DNA from: Candidatus Ozemobacteraceae bacterium
Lineage (GTDB): Bacteria; Muiribacteriota; Ozemobacteria; Ozemobacterales; Ozemobacteraceae
Assembly: GCA_035388825.1 (NCBI GenBank)
Contig: DAOOQQ010000008.1
Location: 14,410 to 78,409 of the forward strand
Length of the DNA stretch: 64,000 nt
Reading direction: 5' to 3'
The notes under the pieces are model-generated. The model searched no databases, was not told the DNA's origin, and worked only from the letters and a program-made list of their open reading frames with translations. Shown here piece by piece: positions 8,738-18,086 of this stretch. Within the stretch, counting starts at the first letter, position 1, and every line of letters starts with the position of its first letter. A program made the translations under genes and the position numbers.

Positions 8738-10843
8738 ATGTCAGACATCAACAGGATTTTCGGCGAGCTGACCTTCAACCGGAATGTCATGCGCGAGAAG
8801 CTCAACCGCGCAGCCTACGAGAAGCTTCAGGCGACCATTCAGAGCGGCACGCCGCTCGACGAGTCGATCGCCGACGAGGTGGCGCATGCGATGAAGGAGT
8901 GGGCGATCGGGAACGGCGCCACGCATTTCACCCACTGGTTTCAGCCTCAGCGCGGTGGAACCGCCGAAAAGCATGATGCCTTCATCAGCTACGGGGAGAA
9001 CGGGGAGTTGATCGAGCGGTTTTCGGCCAAGCAGTTGATCCAGTCCGAGCCTGATGCCTCTTCCTTTCCGTCCGGCGGCATCCGCTCGACGTTCGAGGCG
9101 CGCGGCTACACCGCCTGGGACCCGACCTCGCCGGCATTCCTCCAGGAAACCGGGAACACCCGCACCCTCGTCATCCCGTCCGTCTTCCTCTCCTGGACGG
9201 GCGACGTGCTCGATCTGAAAACGCCGTTCCTGCGCTCGATGCGCGCCCTGAACGACGTGAACATCCGCCTCCAGCGGGTTCTGGGGAATCGCCTCGCGAA
9301 AAAGACGATCGTGTACACCGGTCCGGAGCAGGAATACTTCGTCGTATCGCGAAAACTCTACGAAACCCGGCCCGATCTGCGCATCTGCGGCCGGACGCTG
9401 TTCGGCGCGGCCCCGGCCAAAGGCCAGCAGATGGAGGACCATTACTTCGGCTCGATCCACCGCAAGATGCTGCGGTTCATGGAAGACCTCGACCGCGAGC
9501 TGTACCGGCGCGGCATTCCGTCGAAAACCCGGCACAACGAAGTCTCGCCGAACCAGTTCGAGCTGGCGCCGCTGTTCGAGGAGGCGAACCTCGCGATCGA
9601 TCACAACCTCCAGATCATGGACATCATGAAACACGTCGCGATGCGTCACGAGTTCGTCGTCCTGCTGCACGAGAAGCCGTTCGCCGGTGTCAATGGCTCG
9701 GGGAAGCACGTGAACTGGTCGATCGGCGATTCCACCGGGGCGAACTATCTCGAACCCTCCGCCTCTCCGCTCAAGAACATCACCTTCCTCCTCACACTGG
9801 GCGCGATGATGCTCGGCGTCGACAAATACGGCGGTCTTCTCCGCGCGGCCGTCGCCGATGCCGGAAACGATCACCGCCTCGGGGCCAACGAGGCCCCGCC
9901 CGCGATCATGTCGATCTATCTTGGGGAATATCTTACTCAGCTTGTCGACGAGATCGCCGGGATCGGCAAGCTGAACGAGCAGACGATGGCCCACATCAAC
10001 ATGGGGGTGCGCAATCTGCCCCGGGTTGCACGCGACTACTCGGACCGCAACCGCACCTCGCCGATCGCCTTCACCGGCAACAAGTTCGAGTTCCGCGCCG
10101 TCGGCTCCTCCCAGAACTGCTCCGAGGCCGTGACCGTGTTGAACCTGGCCGTCACCTACGGCTACTTCCAGATCGAGAAACGGCTGTCCGCCCTCAAGAC
10201 GCCCCGCGACATCAAGGAGCGCGCCATCACGGTTCTTCGCGACGTTTTCCGGGAAACGCGGCGCGTCCGGTTCGAGGGAAACGGCTACTCGAGCCAGTGG
10301 CATGCCGAAGCCGAGAAGCGCGGCCTGCCGAATGCCCGCAACACGCCCCAGGCTGTCCAGGTGTATCTCGAAAAGGATGTCGGGGAGCTGATGGAGCGGA
10401 CCCACGTCCTCTCGACCCGCGAACTGCACGCGAAGGTCGAAGTGAAGCTCGAAACCTACGTCAAGACGAAGGAGATCGAGTACAAGACCGCCGTCAACAT
10501 GGCCCGCACGCTGATCATCCCTGCCCTGACCCGGCAGGTGGCGACGACCGCCGGCGCCGCCGCCGCCGCGAAGGCGGCGGGGCTCACCTCAAAGCGCCTG
10601 CAGGCCGAGGCGCGCCGGTTCGAAGAGCTGTTCACCCTCGTCCACGATTGCGCCGAGGAACTCGAGACGGTTCTCCGGAAGGCCGGTGAGCACCGGAGTT
10701 CCCACGAACACGCCGAATTCCTCGCGATGAACGGGGAAAAGGCTCTCGGCGCGCTGCGTTCCGTCGTCGACGAGGCCGAACAGACCCTTGCCGCCGATTT
10801 CTGGCCGATGGCGAAATACCAGGAGCTCTTGACCGTCCTGTAA
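8738..10843 (+). CDS. glnN: glutamine synthetase type III
   Basis: ~700 aa. MSDINRIFGELTFNRNVMREKL... is the characteristic GSIII N-terminus. Length and overall pattern match GlnN. AGGAG RBS at 8727-8731. The track ORF start 8618 is an upstream in-frame extension. Confidence 0.88.
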   Translation: MSDINRIFGELTFNRNVMREKLNRAAYEKLQATIQSGTPLDESIADEVAHAMKEWAIGNGATHFTHWFQPQRGGTAEKHDAFISYGENGELIERFSAKQLIQSEPDASSFPSGGIRSTFEARGYTAWDPTSPAFLQETGNTRTLVIPSVFLSWTGDVLDLKTPFLRSMRALNDVNIRLQRVLGNRLAKKTIVYTGPEQEYFVVSRKLYETRPDLRICGRTLFGAAPAKGQQMEDHYFGSIHRKMLRFMEDLDRELYRRGIPSKTRHNEVSPNQFELAPLFEEANLAIDHNLQIMDIMKHVAMRHEFVVLLHEKPFAGVNGSGKHVNWSIGDSTGANYLEPSASPLKNITFLLTLGAMMLGVDKYGGLLRAAVADAGNDHRLGANEAPPAIMSIYLGEYLTQLVDEIAGIGKLNEQTMAHINMGVRNLPRVARDYSDRNRTSPIAFTGNKFEFRAVGSSQNCSEAVTVLNLAVTYGYFQIEKRLSALKTPRDIKERAITVLRDVFRETRRVRFEGNGYSSQWHAEAEKRGLPNARNTPQAVQVYLEKDVGELMERTHVLSTRELHAKVEVKLETYVKTKEIEYKTAVNMARTLIIPALTRQVATTAGAAAAAKAAGLTSKRLQAEARRFEELFTLVHDCAEELETVLRKAGEHRSSHEHAEFLAMNGEKALGALRSVVDEAEQTLAADFWPMAKYQELLTVL

Positions 10844-10884
10844 CCGGTCTCCCATGGTGGCCCTCGCGCCTCCATGCATGCGGA

Positions 10885-11048
10885 GGGGCGGGTTTGAAAC
10901 CCGCCCCTACAGACGATTTGTGGGTTCCGGTCTGGGAACCGATCCGCAGATGACACAGATGGCGCAGATGAAATCCTGAAAATCAACGCACCACAGAGTC
11001 ACAGAGACACAGAGCCGGTTTTCTCTGTGCCTCTGTGACTCTGTGGTG
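10885..11048. repeat. REP-like intergenic element set: GC hairpin (10885-10907), 42-bp module (10936-10977), 60-bp hairpin (10989-11048)
   Basis: GGGGCGGGTTTGAAACCCGCCCC is a perfect hairpin. The 42-bp module GAACCGATCCGCAGATGACACAGATGGCGCAGATGAAATCCT recurs identically at 52466-52507. CACCACAGAGTCACAGAG...CTCTGTGACTCTGTGGTG has 18-bp inverted arms. Located between the convergent genes glnN and pepP. Confidence 0.7.
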
Positions 11049-11069
11049 AAGCGGTCGTTGCTCGGGGCG

Positions 11070-12458
11070 TTAGCGTGCGAGGGCGGATTCGACCTGGGCG
11101 ACGGTTTTGGGGATGGATGGGCCGAGGACGCGGTGACCGTCGGGCGTGACCAGCACGTCGTCCTCGATCCGGATGCCGCCGAATCCGACATATCGATCGA
11201 CGGCGGCGTAGTCGATGAAGGCCGCGTGCCGCTGATCCTTCTTCCAGGCGGCGATCAGGGCGGGAATGAAGTAGACGCCCGGCTCGACGGTCATCACGTG
11301 GCCGGGCCGGAGGCTGCGCGCGAACCGCAGATAGGCGAGGCCGAACTGGTCGCTGCGGGCCGCTTCCTCGCCGTAACCGACTTCGTTCTCGCCCAGCCCT
11401 TCCATGTCGTGCACGTCGAGGCCCAGAGCATGGCCCAGCCCGTGCGGGAAGAACAGGGCATGGGCGCCGACGGCGACCGCCGCCGCGGGCTCGCCGCGCA
11501 TCAGTCCCAGCCCGGTCAGACCTTCGGCGATGGCCGTCGCGGCGGCGAGGTGGATCTCCCGGAACGAGATCCCCGGCCGGATCATGCCGATCGCCTTCTC
11601 CTGGGCCGCGAGCACGACCTCGTAGAGGGCCTTCTGACGCGGCTCGAACCGGCCCGAAACCGGGAAGGTGCGGGTGATGTCGCTGGCGTAATGCCGGGGT
11701 GACTCGGCTCCCGAATCGATCACGAGCAGATCGCCCGCCTGCATGCGGTTCGCGTGGGCGTGGTTGTGGAGCGTCTCGCCGCGGATCGAGAGGATCGTCG
11801 GGAACGACGTGCGCGATCCTGCGGCAGCAACGACCCCCTCGATCGCGCCGACCAGTTCCTGCTCGATCATGCCGGGGCGGAGCCGTTTCAGGATCTCGGT
11901 ATACATCGCGCCGCTGATTTCCAGCGCGGCCTCGATCTCGGCGACCTCTTCGGGGCTTTTGAACAGCCGCTGATCGACGACGGCGCGGGTGAACTCCCCG
12001 GAGGCATACGAGTTTAGCGCCTCGGGGGTGATGCCGAGATGCCGGACCAGGGCCAGTTTCGTTTCGGCGCGGCACTGAGGCAGGAAGCGGATCGGCCGTT
12101 TCGCGCACCGGGCCGCCGCGAGATGGCCTTCCAGGGCCGAAAGGGGTTCGGTTTCGCGCACGCCTGCCGCCGCCGCCCGCGTCGCGAGCGTGGCGCAGGG
12201 GCCCATCCAGATCTCGTCATCGAGCGAGCGGTCCTCTCCGAACACGATCTCGCGGTCGAGGTCGAGATCGATCAGGGCGAACAGGCCGGGCTCGTCGAGG
12301 CCCCAGTAGTAGAGGAACGTGCTGTCCTGCCGGAACGGATACGTGTTCGCCGGGTAGTTCATCGGCGTCTCGCCGTTGCCCGGAAACAGGAGAAGCCCGT
12401 TCCCGAACCGGGCGCGCAGGTCGCGCCGGCGTGCGGTGTAGGTGGCGGCGGAAAACAT
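11070..12458 (-). CDS. pepP: Xaa-Pro aminopeptidase (M24B family)
   Basis: 462 aa. N-terminal creatinase-like domain plus C-terminal M24 pita-bread fold with metal ligands (HGLGHALGLDVHD...EPG...IRIEDDVLVT). Confidence 0.85.
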   Translation of the reverse strand: MFSAATYTARRRDLRARFGNGLLLFPGNGETPMNYPANTYPFRQDSTFLYYWGLDEPGLFALIDLDLDREIVFGEDRSLDDEIWMGPCATLATRAAAAGVRETEPLSALEGHLAAARCAKRPIRFLPQCRAETKLALVRHLGITPEALNSYASGEFTRAVVDQRLFKSPEEVAEIEAALEISGAMYTEILKRLRPGMIEQELVGAIEGVVAAAGSRTSFPTILSIRGETLHNHAHANRMQAGDLLVIDSGAESPRHYASDITRTFPVSGRFEPRQKALYEVVLAAQEKAIGMIRPGISFREIHLAAATAIAEGLTGLGLMRGEPAAAVAVGAHALFFPHGLGHALGLDVHDMEGLGENEVGYGEEAARSDQFGLAYLRFARSLRPGHVMTVEPGVYFIPALIAAWKKDQRHAAFIDYAAVDRYVGFGGIRIEDDVLVTPDGHRVLGPSIPKTVAQVESALAR

Positions 12459-12603
12459 GATGTTCCTCCTCGGGACGGGCCGTGCCCGTCGATTTTCTCC
12501 ATGTTACCCCACGATGCGCCGGAAGGAAAACCGGTCTATACTGGTTCTGGATTTCGTGGGGAGCGGCACCGGCCGTCTCCGGCAGAAACGAGGGAGGATC
12601 CGC

Positions 12604-13395
12604 ATGGGCGACGTCATCTGGTATTTCACGGGAACGGGCAACTCGCTGTCGGCGGCGAAACGCGCGGCGGCGGCGCTTGGCAGCGATGTAGAGGTGCGGC
12701 CGATCGCCGCGGTTGCCGGAACTCCGGTCGAGATCACGGCTTCGACCCTCGGTTTCGCGTTTCCGGTCTACTCGTTCGGCGTGCCGCGCCTGGTGAAGGA
12801 GTTCATCGAGACGGCTTCCGGCATCGGGGCCGAGCGCATCTTCGCGATCGCCACCTGCGGCAACGGCCCGGGCGGAGTCCTGGCCCAGCTCGATGCGCTT
12901 CTCGCGACGAAGGGCGCGCGGCTCGATGCCGCCCTGTCCGTGACCTATCCGGGAAACTGCATTCCGCTGCACCAGGCCCCGCCGGCCGAAAGCTGCGCCG
13001 CGGTGATCGCCCGGGCCGAACAGGCCATCGACGCTTTCATGGCGGAGGTGAAGGCCGGCCGTGACGTCCCGCCCAGTCTGCTCTCCCGCATCGGCGCGTT
13101 CCTGTTCGGGCCGCTCCATGCCGGATTCGTGCGGTCCGTCCGGAAAACCGGCAGAATGTTCCGGGCCGGGAACTCCTGCTCCCGATGCGGTCTCTGCATG
13201 CGCGCCTGCCCGGTGGCCAACATCGCTGCCGGCCCTGATGGGAAGCCCGTCTGGGGAGAACGATGCGAAGGCTGTCTGGCCTGCCTGAACCTCTGTCCTG
13301 TCGAGGCGATCCAGTTCGGGGGACTGACGCGGGGCCGGCGACGGTACCGGCACCCCGCCATCGAGATTGCGGAAATCGCGGCCCAGCGTCGCTAG
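12604..13395 (+). CDS. flavodoxin-like domain + 4Fe-4S ferredoxin domain protein (EFR1-family ferredoxin-like)
   Basis: MGDVIWYFTGTGNS... (flavodoxin-like start) and C-terminal CxxCxxC...C cluster (CSRCGLCMRACPV...CEGCLACLNLCP). Start taken at internal ATG 12604. The track ORF begins at 12442. Confidence 0.7.
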   Translation: MGDVIWYFTGTGNSLSAAKRAAAALGSDVEVRPIAAVAGTPVEITASTLGFAFPVYSFGVPRLVKEFIETASGIGAERIFAIATCGNGPGGVLAQLDALLATKGARLDAALSVTYPGNCIPLHQAPPAESCAAVIARAEQAIDAFMAEVKAGRDVPPSLLSRIGAFLFGPLHAGFVRSVRKTGRMFRAGNSCSRCGLCMRACPVANIAAGPDGKPVWGERCEGCLACLNLCPVEAIQFGGLTRGRRRYRHPAIEIAEIAAQRR

Positions 13396-13400
13396 CCGGG

Positions 13401-14744
13401 TCAGGCCACCGTGGCTGAGCGCCGCTCGGGCTCGTCGAGCAGATGTTTCAATGCCTGGATCAGCTCCATGATCCCGAAGGGTTTGGGCAGGGTCGTCAGA
13501 TACGCGTCCTGGGGAAACCTCTCCCGGACCTCGTTTGCGCCGAGCCCGCTGGCGATGATGATCGGCTGATCCTGTTTGAGGTTCCGGATTTCCGCGAATG
13601 CCTGCTGCCCGTTCATGCGCGGCATCAACAGATCGAGAATCACGGCACGGATCGGCTTGGCGGAGGCGGCGAACCGCTCGACGGCTTCGGCCCCGTCGCA
13701 TGCCGTCAGCACCTCGAACCCGAGACGCTCCAGGATCTGGCGGCCGACCACACGGATGGAATCCTCGTCGTCGACGAGCAGAATGGTGCCCTGGCCGCGC
13801 CAGGCCTCGGCCAGCCGTCCCGGAATCTGCTGCTTTCGCTGTTCCTGGGTCGGGGGCGCCGGGGAACGGTCGGCGGGTGGCGGGACCGGAGCGGAATCCG
13901 TGGCGGTGGGTGCCGGTGAGGGCCGCTGTCTGCTGATCTGCGCCGCTTTTCGCGCGGCATCGTGGATCATGCGGAGCTGGTCGCTGACGGCGGAGGCCGG
14001 CGGCACCGCGAGCTGCAGCATCTCGGTGTTTCCGATGATCGTGGCGAGCAGGTTGTTCAGCTCGTGGGCTGTTGCGGGATCGATGCCCGGTGGGGTATCC
14101 GGGGAATCGCCTCCCCGAAGCGCCGTCACATGCCGTTGATACAGCTCGGCATCGCGCCTGTGGCCGAGGTGCGACCGGAACGGCAGATGGAACGGGTTGT
14201 TCCGCAGCCGGTCTTCGAACCAGACCTGTCGATGGGCGTCCATGGCGGTCGTGAGGGCCGCTTTCGACAGGCTGGCGATCGGGTGGAAACAGGCGATCCG
14301 GACTTGCCCCGCGACGATGAGGCCGTCCAATTCCGCCTCGATTCCGCGCAGTACGGCCGGCTTCCGGTGGGTGGGCGACCAGAGGTGCAGGACGAGGAGC
14401 ATCGGGACGCCGGTTCCGGGGCGGGCCAGAGCCGAGGTGAGGAGCCTGGGGAGGGATCCCGGCTGTTCCGATTCGATCCAGACGAGGCGGCCGTCAGCCG
14501 CCGCCGCCGGGTGATCGAGGCTGCGCAGATCGAGATGCCGCCTCAGAGCTGCGGCATGGCGCGGGGGAAGCCAGCAGATCGTGGGGCGGCTCCGGCAGAG
14601 GGCGTCGATGATGCCATCGGCCATCAGGGAGATTGCCTGGGCGGTGTCCGGGACGATGAGCCCCGTATGCGACCGTTCAGCCAGGGGCCCCCAGGGAAAA
14701 GCGGCTTGGGGAAGGGGCGCGGGCACATGATGGATAGAATCCAT
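13401..14744 (-). CDS. signal-transduction protein: N-terminal sensor-like domain, HisKA-like H-box, C-terminal receiver (REC); no HATPase domain
   Basis: H-box HELNNLLATIIGNTEMLQ, then a Pro-rich linker, then a REC domain (ILLVDDEDSIRVV...LDLLMPRMNG...PKPF). No G1/G2 ATP-binding boxes. Start at MDSIHHVPAP (14744); the track ORF extends to 14894. Confidence 0.65.
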   Translation of the reverse strand: MDSIHHVPAPLPQAAFPWGPLAERSHTGLIVPDTAQAISLMADGIIDALCRSRPTICWLPPRHAAALRRHLDLRSLDHPAAAADGRLVWIESEQPGSLPRLLTSALARPGTGVPMLLVLHLWSPTHRKPAVLRGIEAELDGLIVAGQVRIACFHPIASLSKAALTTAMDAHRQVWFEDRLRNNPFHLPFRSHLGHRRDAELYQRHVTALRGGDSPDTPPGIDPATAHELNNLLATIIGNTEMLQLAVPPASAVSDQLRMIHDAARKAAQISRQRPSPAPTATDSAPVPPPADRSPAPPTQEQRKQQIPGRLAEAWRGQGTILLVDDEDSIRVVGRQILERLGFEVLTACDGAEAVERFAASAKPIRAVILDLLMPRMNGQQAFAEIRNLKQDQPIIIASGLGANEVRERFPQDAYLTTLPKPFGIMELIQALKHLLDEPERRSATVA

Positions 14745-15059
14745 GTGCGATTCCTCTCTGTGGAGGGTCTGCCGTGGCCGTTTTCTTTTTGTCGAAGCGT
14801 GTCTCTGTTTCGGCCATTCCGGTCGTCGACGACTCCAGCTCTCGTTACCTTGAGAATAGTCTGATTTGTTTCCCGGGTCAAGCGATCGGACCACAGCCAG
14901 AGAACGGCATCGATCGGCAGCGGCACCGTGCTCTGAACCGAGCCGACGAGGGATGAAAAAAAAGGCGAAAACTTTTTCCCGGTGAAGTGGTATAACTTTT
15001 TCCGGTATTCAGGATAAGGGTCAGAAGGGCCCAAGAAGCTTTTTCTCGAGAGGTTCCAG

Positions 15060-16265
15060 ATGGACAACATTCACGACCTTGCGACCTTCAATCCAGGGGA
15101 GCCCGTCTACTTCCAGGGGGAGCGGCGTCGTGAGTTTTACGGCCTGCACCAGGGGCGGTTCGCGAAAGTGCTTCTTCCCGCCGCCTCAGGTGACACGCCG
15201 CTTGCCGGCCAGCTCGCGCGGGCAACACTGGTCGAGATCATCGATCAGCCAGGGCAGGTGTTCGGCGAGATCGACGCGCTGCTCAACAAACCCCAGGAAT
15301 ACTCGGTGTTCGCGCTCGACCCATCCGGCGTCATGCCCATCCCGGCCGTCGGCCAGTCACTGAGGGACAAGCTCGCCGAAGTGCCGCAGGTCGGCATCAA
15401 GACATGCATCTCGCTCGCGCGCAATCTTCACCAGGCAATCGAGCGGTTTTCCCGGCTCGTCCAGCAGGAAGAAGAGCTGCAGCGTTTGCAGCTCACCTCG
15501 GCCCGGGCGCTGCTGGCCGCCATCAACGAGGTCGAACAGCTTGGCGGGGCCACGATGCCCGCCATCGCCGCGGTTCTCGAGTTCGCGCGAAACCACAAAG
15601 CCTTCGAGCTCGCAGCCCAACTGACCGCGGAAAACCGCATCCCGGGCGTTTCCCCTTCCATCTACAACGCCGTGATGCGGCCGCCCGAGACGCCCGAACA
15701 GACGCAGCGGTTTTCGACAGGCTCGATCCTGTGCCGCAAAGGATCGATCGGCGACAAGCTGTTCATCCTGCTCGAAGGCGTCGTCGAAGTCGTTCTCGGC
15801 CCGAATCACCGGGTGCAGATCGCCCGCCCCGGCAGTATTTTCGGGGAAATCGCGGTCCTGCTCAACCTGGAAGCCGCGACGCCCGAGATGCGCCGCACGG
15901 CCGATGTCGTCTGCGCCACGCCGGTTTCCGCGATCGTCATCGGCCTCGACCAGGCAGCCGCTTTTTTCCGCGAGAAGCCCGAGATCCTGACGAACCTGCT
16001 GTTCGCCCTCACCGACCGGATGGAAGAGACGCTTCAGCTCGAAAATGGCATCAAACGACGCCTCAACGAGCTTCTGTTCCAGGAGCTGCGGCATCTGCTC
16101 GAGGCCCATCACGGCATCGCTCTCCGCCTGAACGGGGTCCGCGAGCGGCATCTGGCCATGGAACGGCCGTTCAACTTCTGCGCCCACCAATCACGCCAGA
16201 TCTACACATCGTTCGCCGCCACCCTCGACACCTTCGGCCTCAGGAGCGGAACGTCCGGGAACTGA
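15060..16265 (+). CDS. tandem cyclic-nucleotide-binding (CAP-like) domain protein, no HTH
   Basis: Two cNMP-binding-like segments: GEPVYFQGE...VFGEIDALL and GSILCRKGSIGDKLFILLEGVV...IFGEIAVLL. No DNA-binding domain recognised. Confidence 0.75.
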   Translation: MDNIHDLATFNPGEPVYFQGERRREFYGLHQGRFAKVLLPAASGDTPLAGQLARATLVEIIDQPGQVFGEIDALLNKPQEYSVFALDPSGVMPIPAVGQSLRDKLAEVPQVGIKTCISLARNLHQAIERFSRLVQQEEELQRLQLTSARALLAAINEVEQLGGATMPAIAAVLEFARNHKAFELAAQLTAENRIPGVSPSIYNAVMRPPETPEQTQRFSTGSILCRKGSIGDKLFILLEGVVEVVLGPNHRVQIARPGSIFGEIAVLLNLEAATPEMRRTADVVCATPVSAIVIGLDQAAAFFREKPEILTNLLFALTDRMEETLQLENGIKRRLNELLFQELRHLLEAHHGIALRLNGVRERHLAMERPFNFCAHQSRQIYTSFAATLDTFGLRSGTSGN

Positions 16266-16389
16266 TCTGCCCGGCCCGGCCAGCGTCTTTTTCCGATTGC
16301 ACTCAGGGGAGCGTTGGCCTAGAATTCTCCGTGATCACGATGATGAATGCCGTTGCCGCCGAACGCCGCAGGCTCGACGGTTCGAATCT

Positions 16390-16578
16390 GCCGAGGAAAA
16401 AGGCCGGATCAAGGTCTCCGAAGCGACCTGGGCTCTGGCCCGCTCCCGATATGCCTGGGAGGAACGAGGGGAGATTTCTCTCAAGAACAAGGCGCCGATG
16501 AAGGCGTATTTCGTTACCGGACGGGTGGATACATCCCGCTCTTCCGACGCAAATTCAGGTGATGGGGGTCAGGGATGA
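16390..16578 (+). pseudogene. remnant of class III adenylate/guanylate cyclase catalytic domain (C-terminal ~55 aa only)
   Basis: ARRFESAEEKGRIKVSEATWALARSRYAWEERGEISLKNKAPMKAYFV matches the C-terminal cyclase consensus (...AsRlEs.a.pG.I.VSe.ty.ll...f.fe.rG...vKGKG.m.tyfl). The upstream ~130 aa of the domain (metal-binding Asp, F.DI.GFT) is not encoded in any frame. Its stop overlaps the ATG of the MBL gene (ATGA at 16575-16578). Confidence 0.45.
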
Positions 16579-17396
16579 ACACGAATGCCGAGATCGAATT
16601 CGGGCGGCCGGTGCGTGTTGTGGATGATATCTGGTGGATCGGCACGTTCGATGCCGACACGAAGCTGCACTGCAATCCCTATCTGGTGAAGGGCGAGTCC
16701 GGCATCGCCGTGATCGACGGCGGAAGCCGGCCCGATTTTGCCGGGGTCATGATGAAGATCCTCCAGGCCGGGGTGCATCCCGGTGAGATCACGGCGCTGA
16801 TCTACCAGCATCCCGATCCCGATCTGTGCGGCTCGCTGCCGAACTTCCTCGATCTGTGCACCAATCCCGAGTTGCGTATCTACTCGAAGGCGATCAACAA
16901 CGTCTTCATCCGACATTATGTCGAAAAATCCTACCACCCCAAATTCGTCGACATCGACGGGCTTCCGGGGCTCTCTCTCGGAAAACGCCGCCTGACCTTC
17001 ATCGATACCCCGTTTGCCCATGCCTCCGGCAGCTTCGTGACATACGATGGGCAGACCGGCACGCTGTTCACCAGCGACCTGTTCGGAAGCTACCGGGCCC
17101 AGTGGGATCTCTTTCTCGAGCTCGGGGAAGCCTGTTTCACCTGCACGGATCACACCCACTGCCCGAACGGAAAGCCGGCCGCCGATTGCCCGCTTCCCGA
17201 CATCATCAACTTCCACCGTCAGGTCATGCCCAGCACGCGCGCGTTGAAAGGGGCCATGACCCGCATCGCGAAACTTGCCCCGACGCTCATTGCTCCGCAA
17301 CACGGAAGCATCCTGCGCTCACCGAAGACGATTGCGCATCTGATCCAGGTGCTCGGATCTCTCGAAGCCGTCGGTATCGACGGCATACCGGAGTGA
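16575..17396 (+). CDS. metallo-beta-lactamase-fold protein
   Basis: 273 aa. MBL-fold signature region (AVIDGGS...YQHPDPDLCGSL...HASGSF...DLFG). Resembles ODP/flavo-diiron N-terminal-type MBL domains. Confidence 0.75.
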   Translation: MNTNAEIEFGRPVRVVDDIWWIGTFDADTKLHCNPYLVKGESGIAVIDGGSRPDFAGVMMKILQAGVHPGEITALIYQHPDPDLCGSLPNFLDLCTNPELRIYSKAINNVFIRHYVEKSYHPKFVDIDGLPGLSLGKRRLTFIDTPFAHASGSFVTYDGQTGTLFTSDLFGSYRAQWDLFLELGEACFTCTDHTHCPNGKPAADCPLPDIINFHRQVMPSTRALKGAMTRIAKLAPTLIAPQHGSILRSPKTIAHLIQVLGSLEAVGIDGIPE

Positions 17397-17414
17397 CGGG
17401 CCCGGAGACGGGCT

Positions 17415-17876
17415 TCAGATCCTGGTCAGCACGTTTCGCAGCATCATGCGGTGGTTCTGGGTTTCCTCCTGAAGCTTCCCGAGAAGGCTCGTGCAGACCG
17501 GGTCGGTCGTGGAGAACGCCTTGCTCAGTTCCGACTCGATAAGGGAGTTTTCGGTGTCCATCATGTGCTGGACGACGTAGCGGGGATTCACTTTCCTCGC
17601 GCGGATTTCCGCGGTCAGCGAGACGAGATCGGCGGTCATGAGCCGGAGGGTCTGGGGAAAGAATTTTCCCGGGTGCCAGCCTGAGGAGGTTTCCTCGATG
17701 GCCCGCCGGATCTGCCGGAACATGCCGGCGTGGTGCTGTTCCTGCGCGAGCAGAGCCGTCCAGACATTCGCGTGATCGGGCAGGAATTCGATGCAGGCCT
17801 CGTACAGCCGCGCGAGCGACTCCTCGTTTTCGATGAAGCAGTCGGCGAGTTCGAGGAGTTCCTGTTTCTTGTCCAT
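17415..17876 (-). CDS. hypothetical protein (all-helical, possibly ferritin-like)
   Basis: 153 aa from MDKKQELLELADCF... No signal peptide. Convergent with the MBL gene. Function not recognisable. Confidence 0.45.
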   Translation of the reverse strand: MDKKQELLELADCFIENEESLARLYEACIEFLPDHANVWTALLAQEQHHAGMFRQIRRAIEETSSGWHPGKFFPQTLRLMTADLVSLTAEIRARKVNPRYVVQHMMDTENSLIESELSKAFSTTDPVCTSLLGKLQEETQNHRMMLRNVLTRI

Positions 17877-18086
17877 GGTCCTCTCCTTCAAACGTGCTTT
17901 TCAGGAAGTACCATCGCAAAATCTCACGGGTTTGTCAAAGCCGAGGACGAACGGGAACTCCTCGATCCTCTGGCGCTCCTTCCTCCCGGCTTCATACGGT
18001 GCTCTTGGGTTTGGAATCTCTTGGCAGAATAGCCCCGACGGGGGTATGCTCACGCACATCCTGAAGTGAGAAGGAAGGAACACCGG

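Noticed and set aside
8741-10429. 562-aa minus-strand ORF inside glnN
   Set aside because: It is antisense to a full-length GS type III reading frame. Other long antisense ORFs are likewise not genes: 1352-2683, 2869-4029, 5230-6840, 6885-8621, 11043-11702, 12217-13701, 17901-19766, 23198-24487, 50102-51166, 56524-58191, 60832-62184, 63211-63927.
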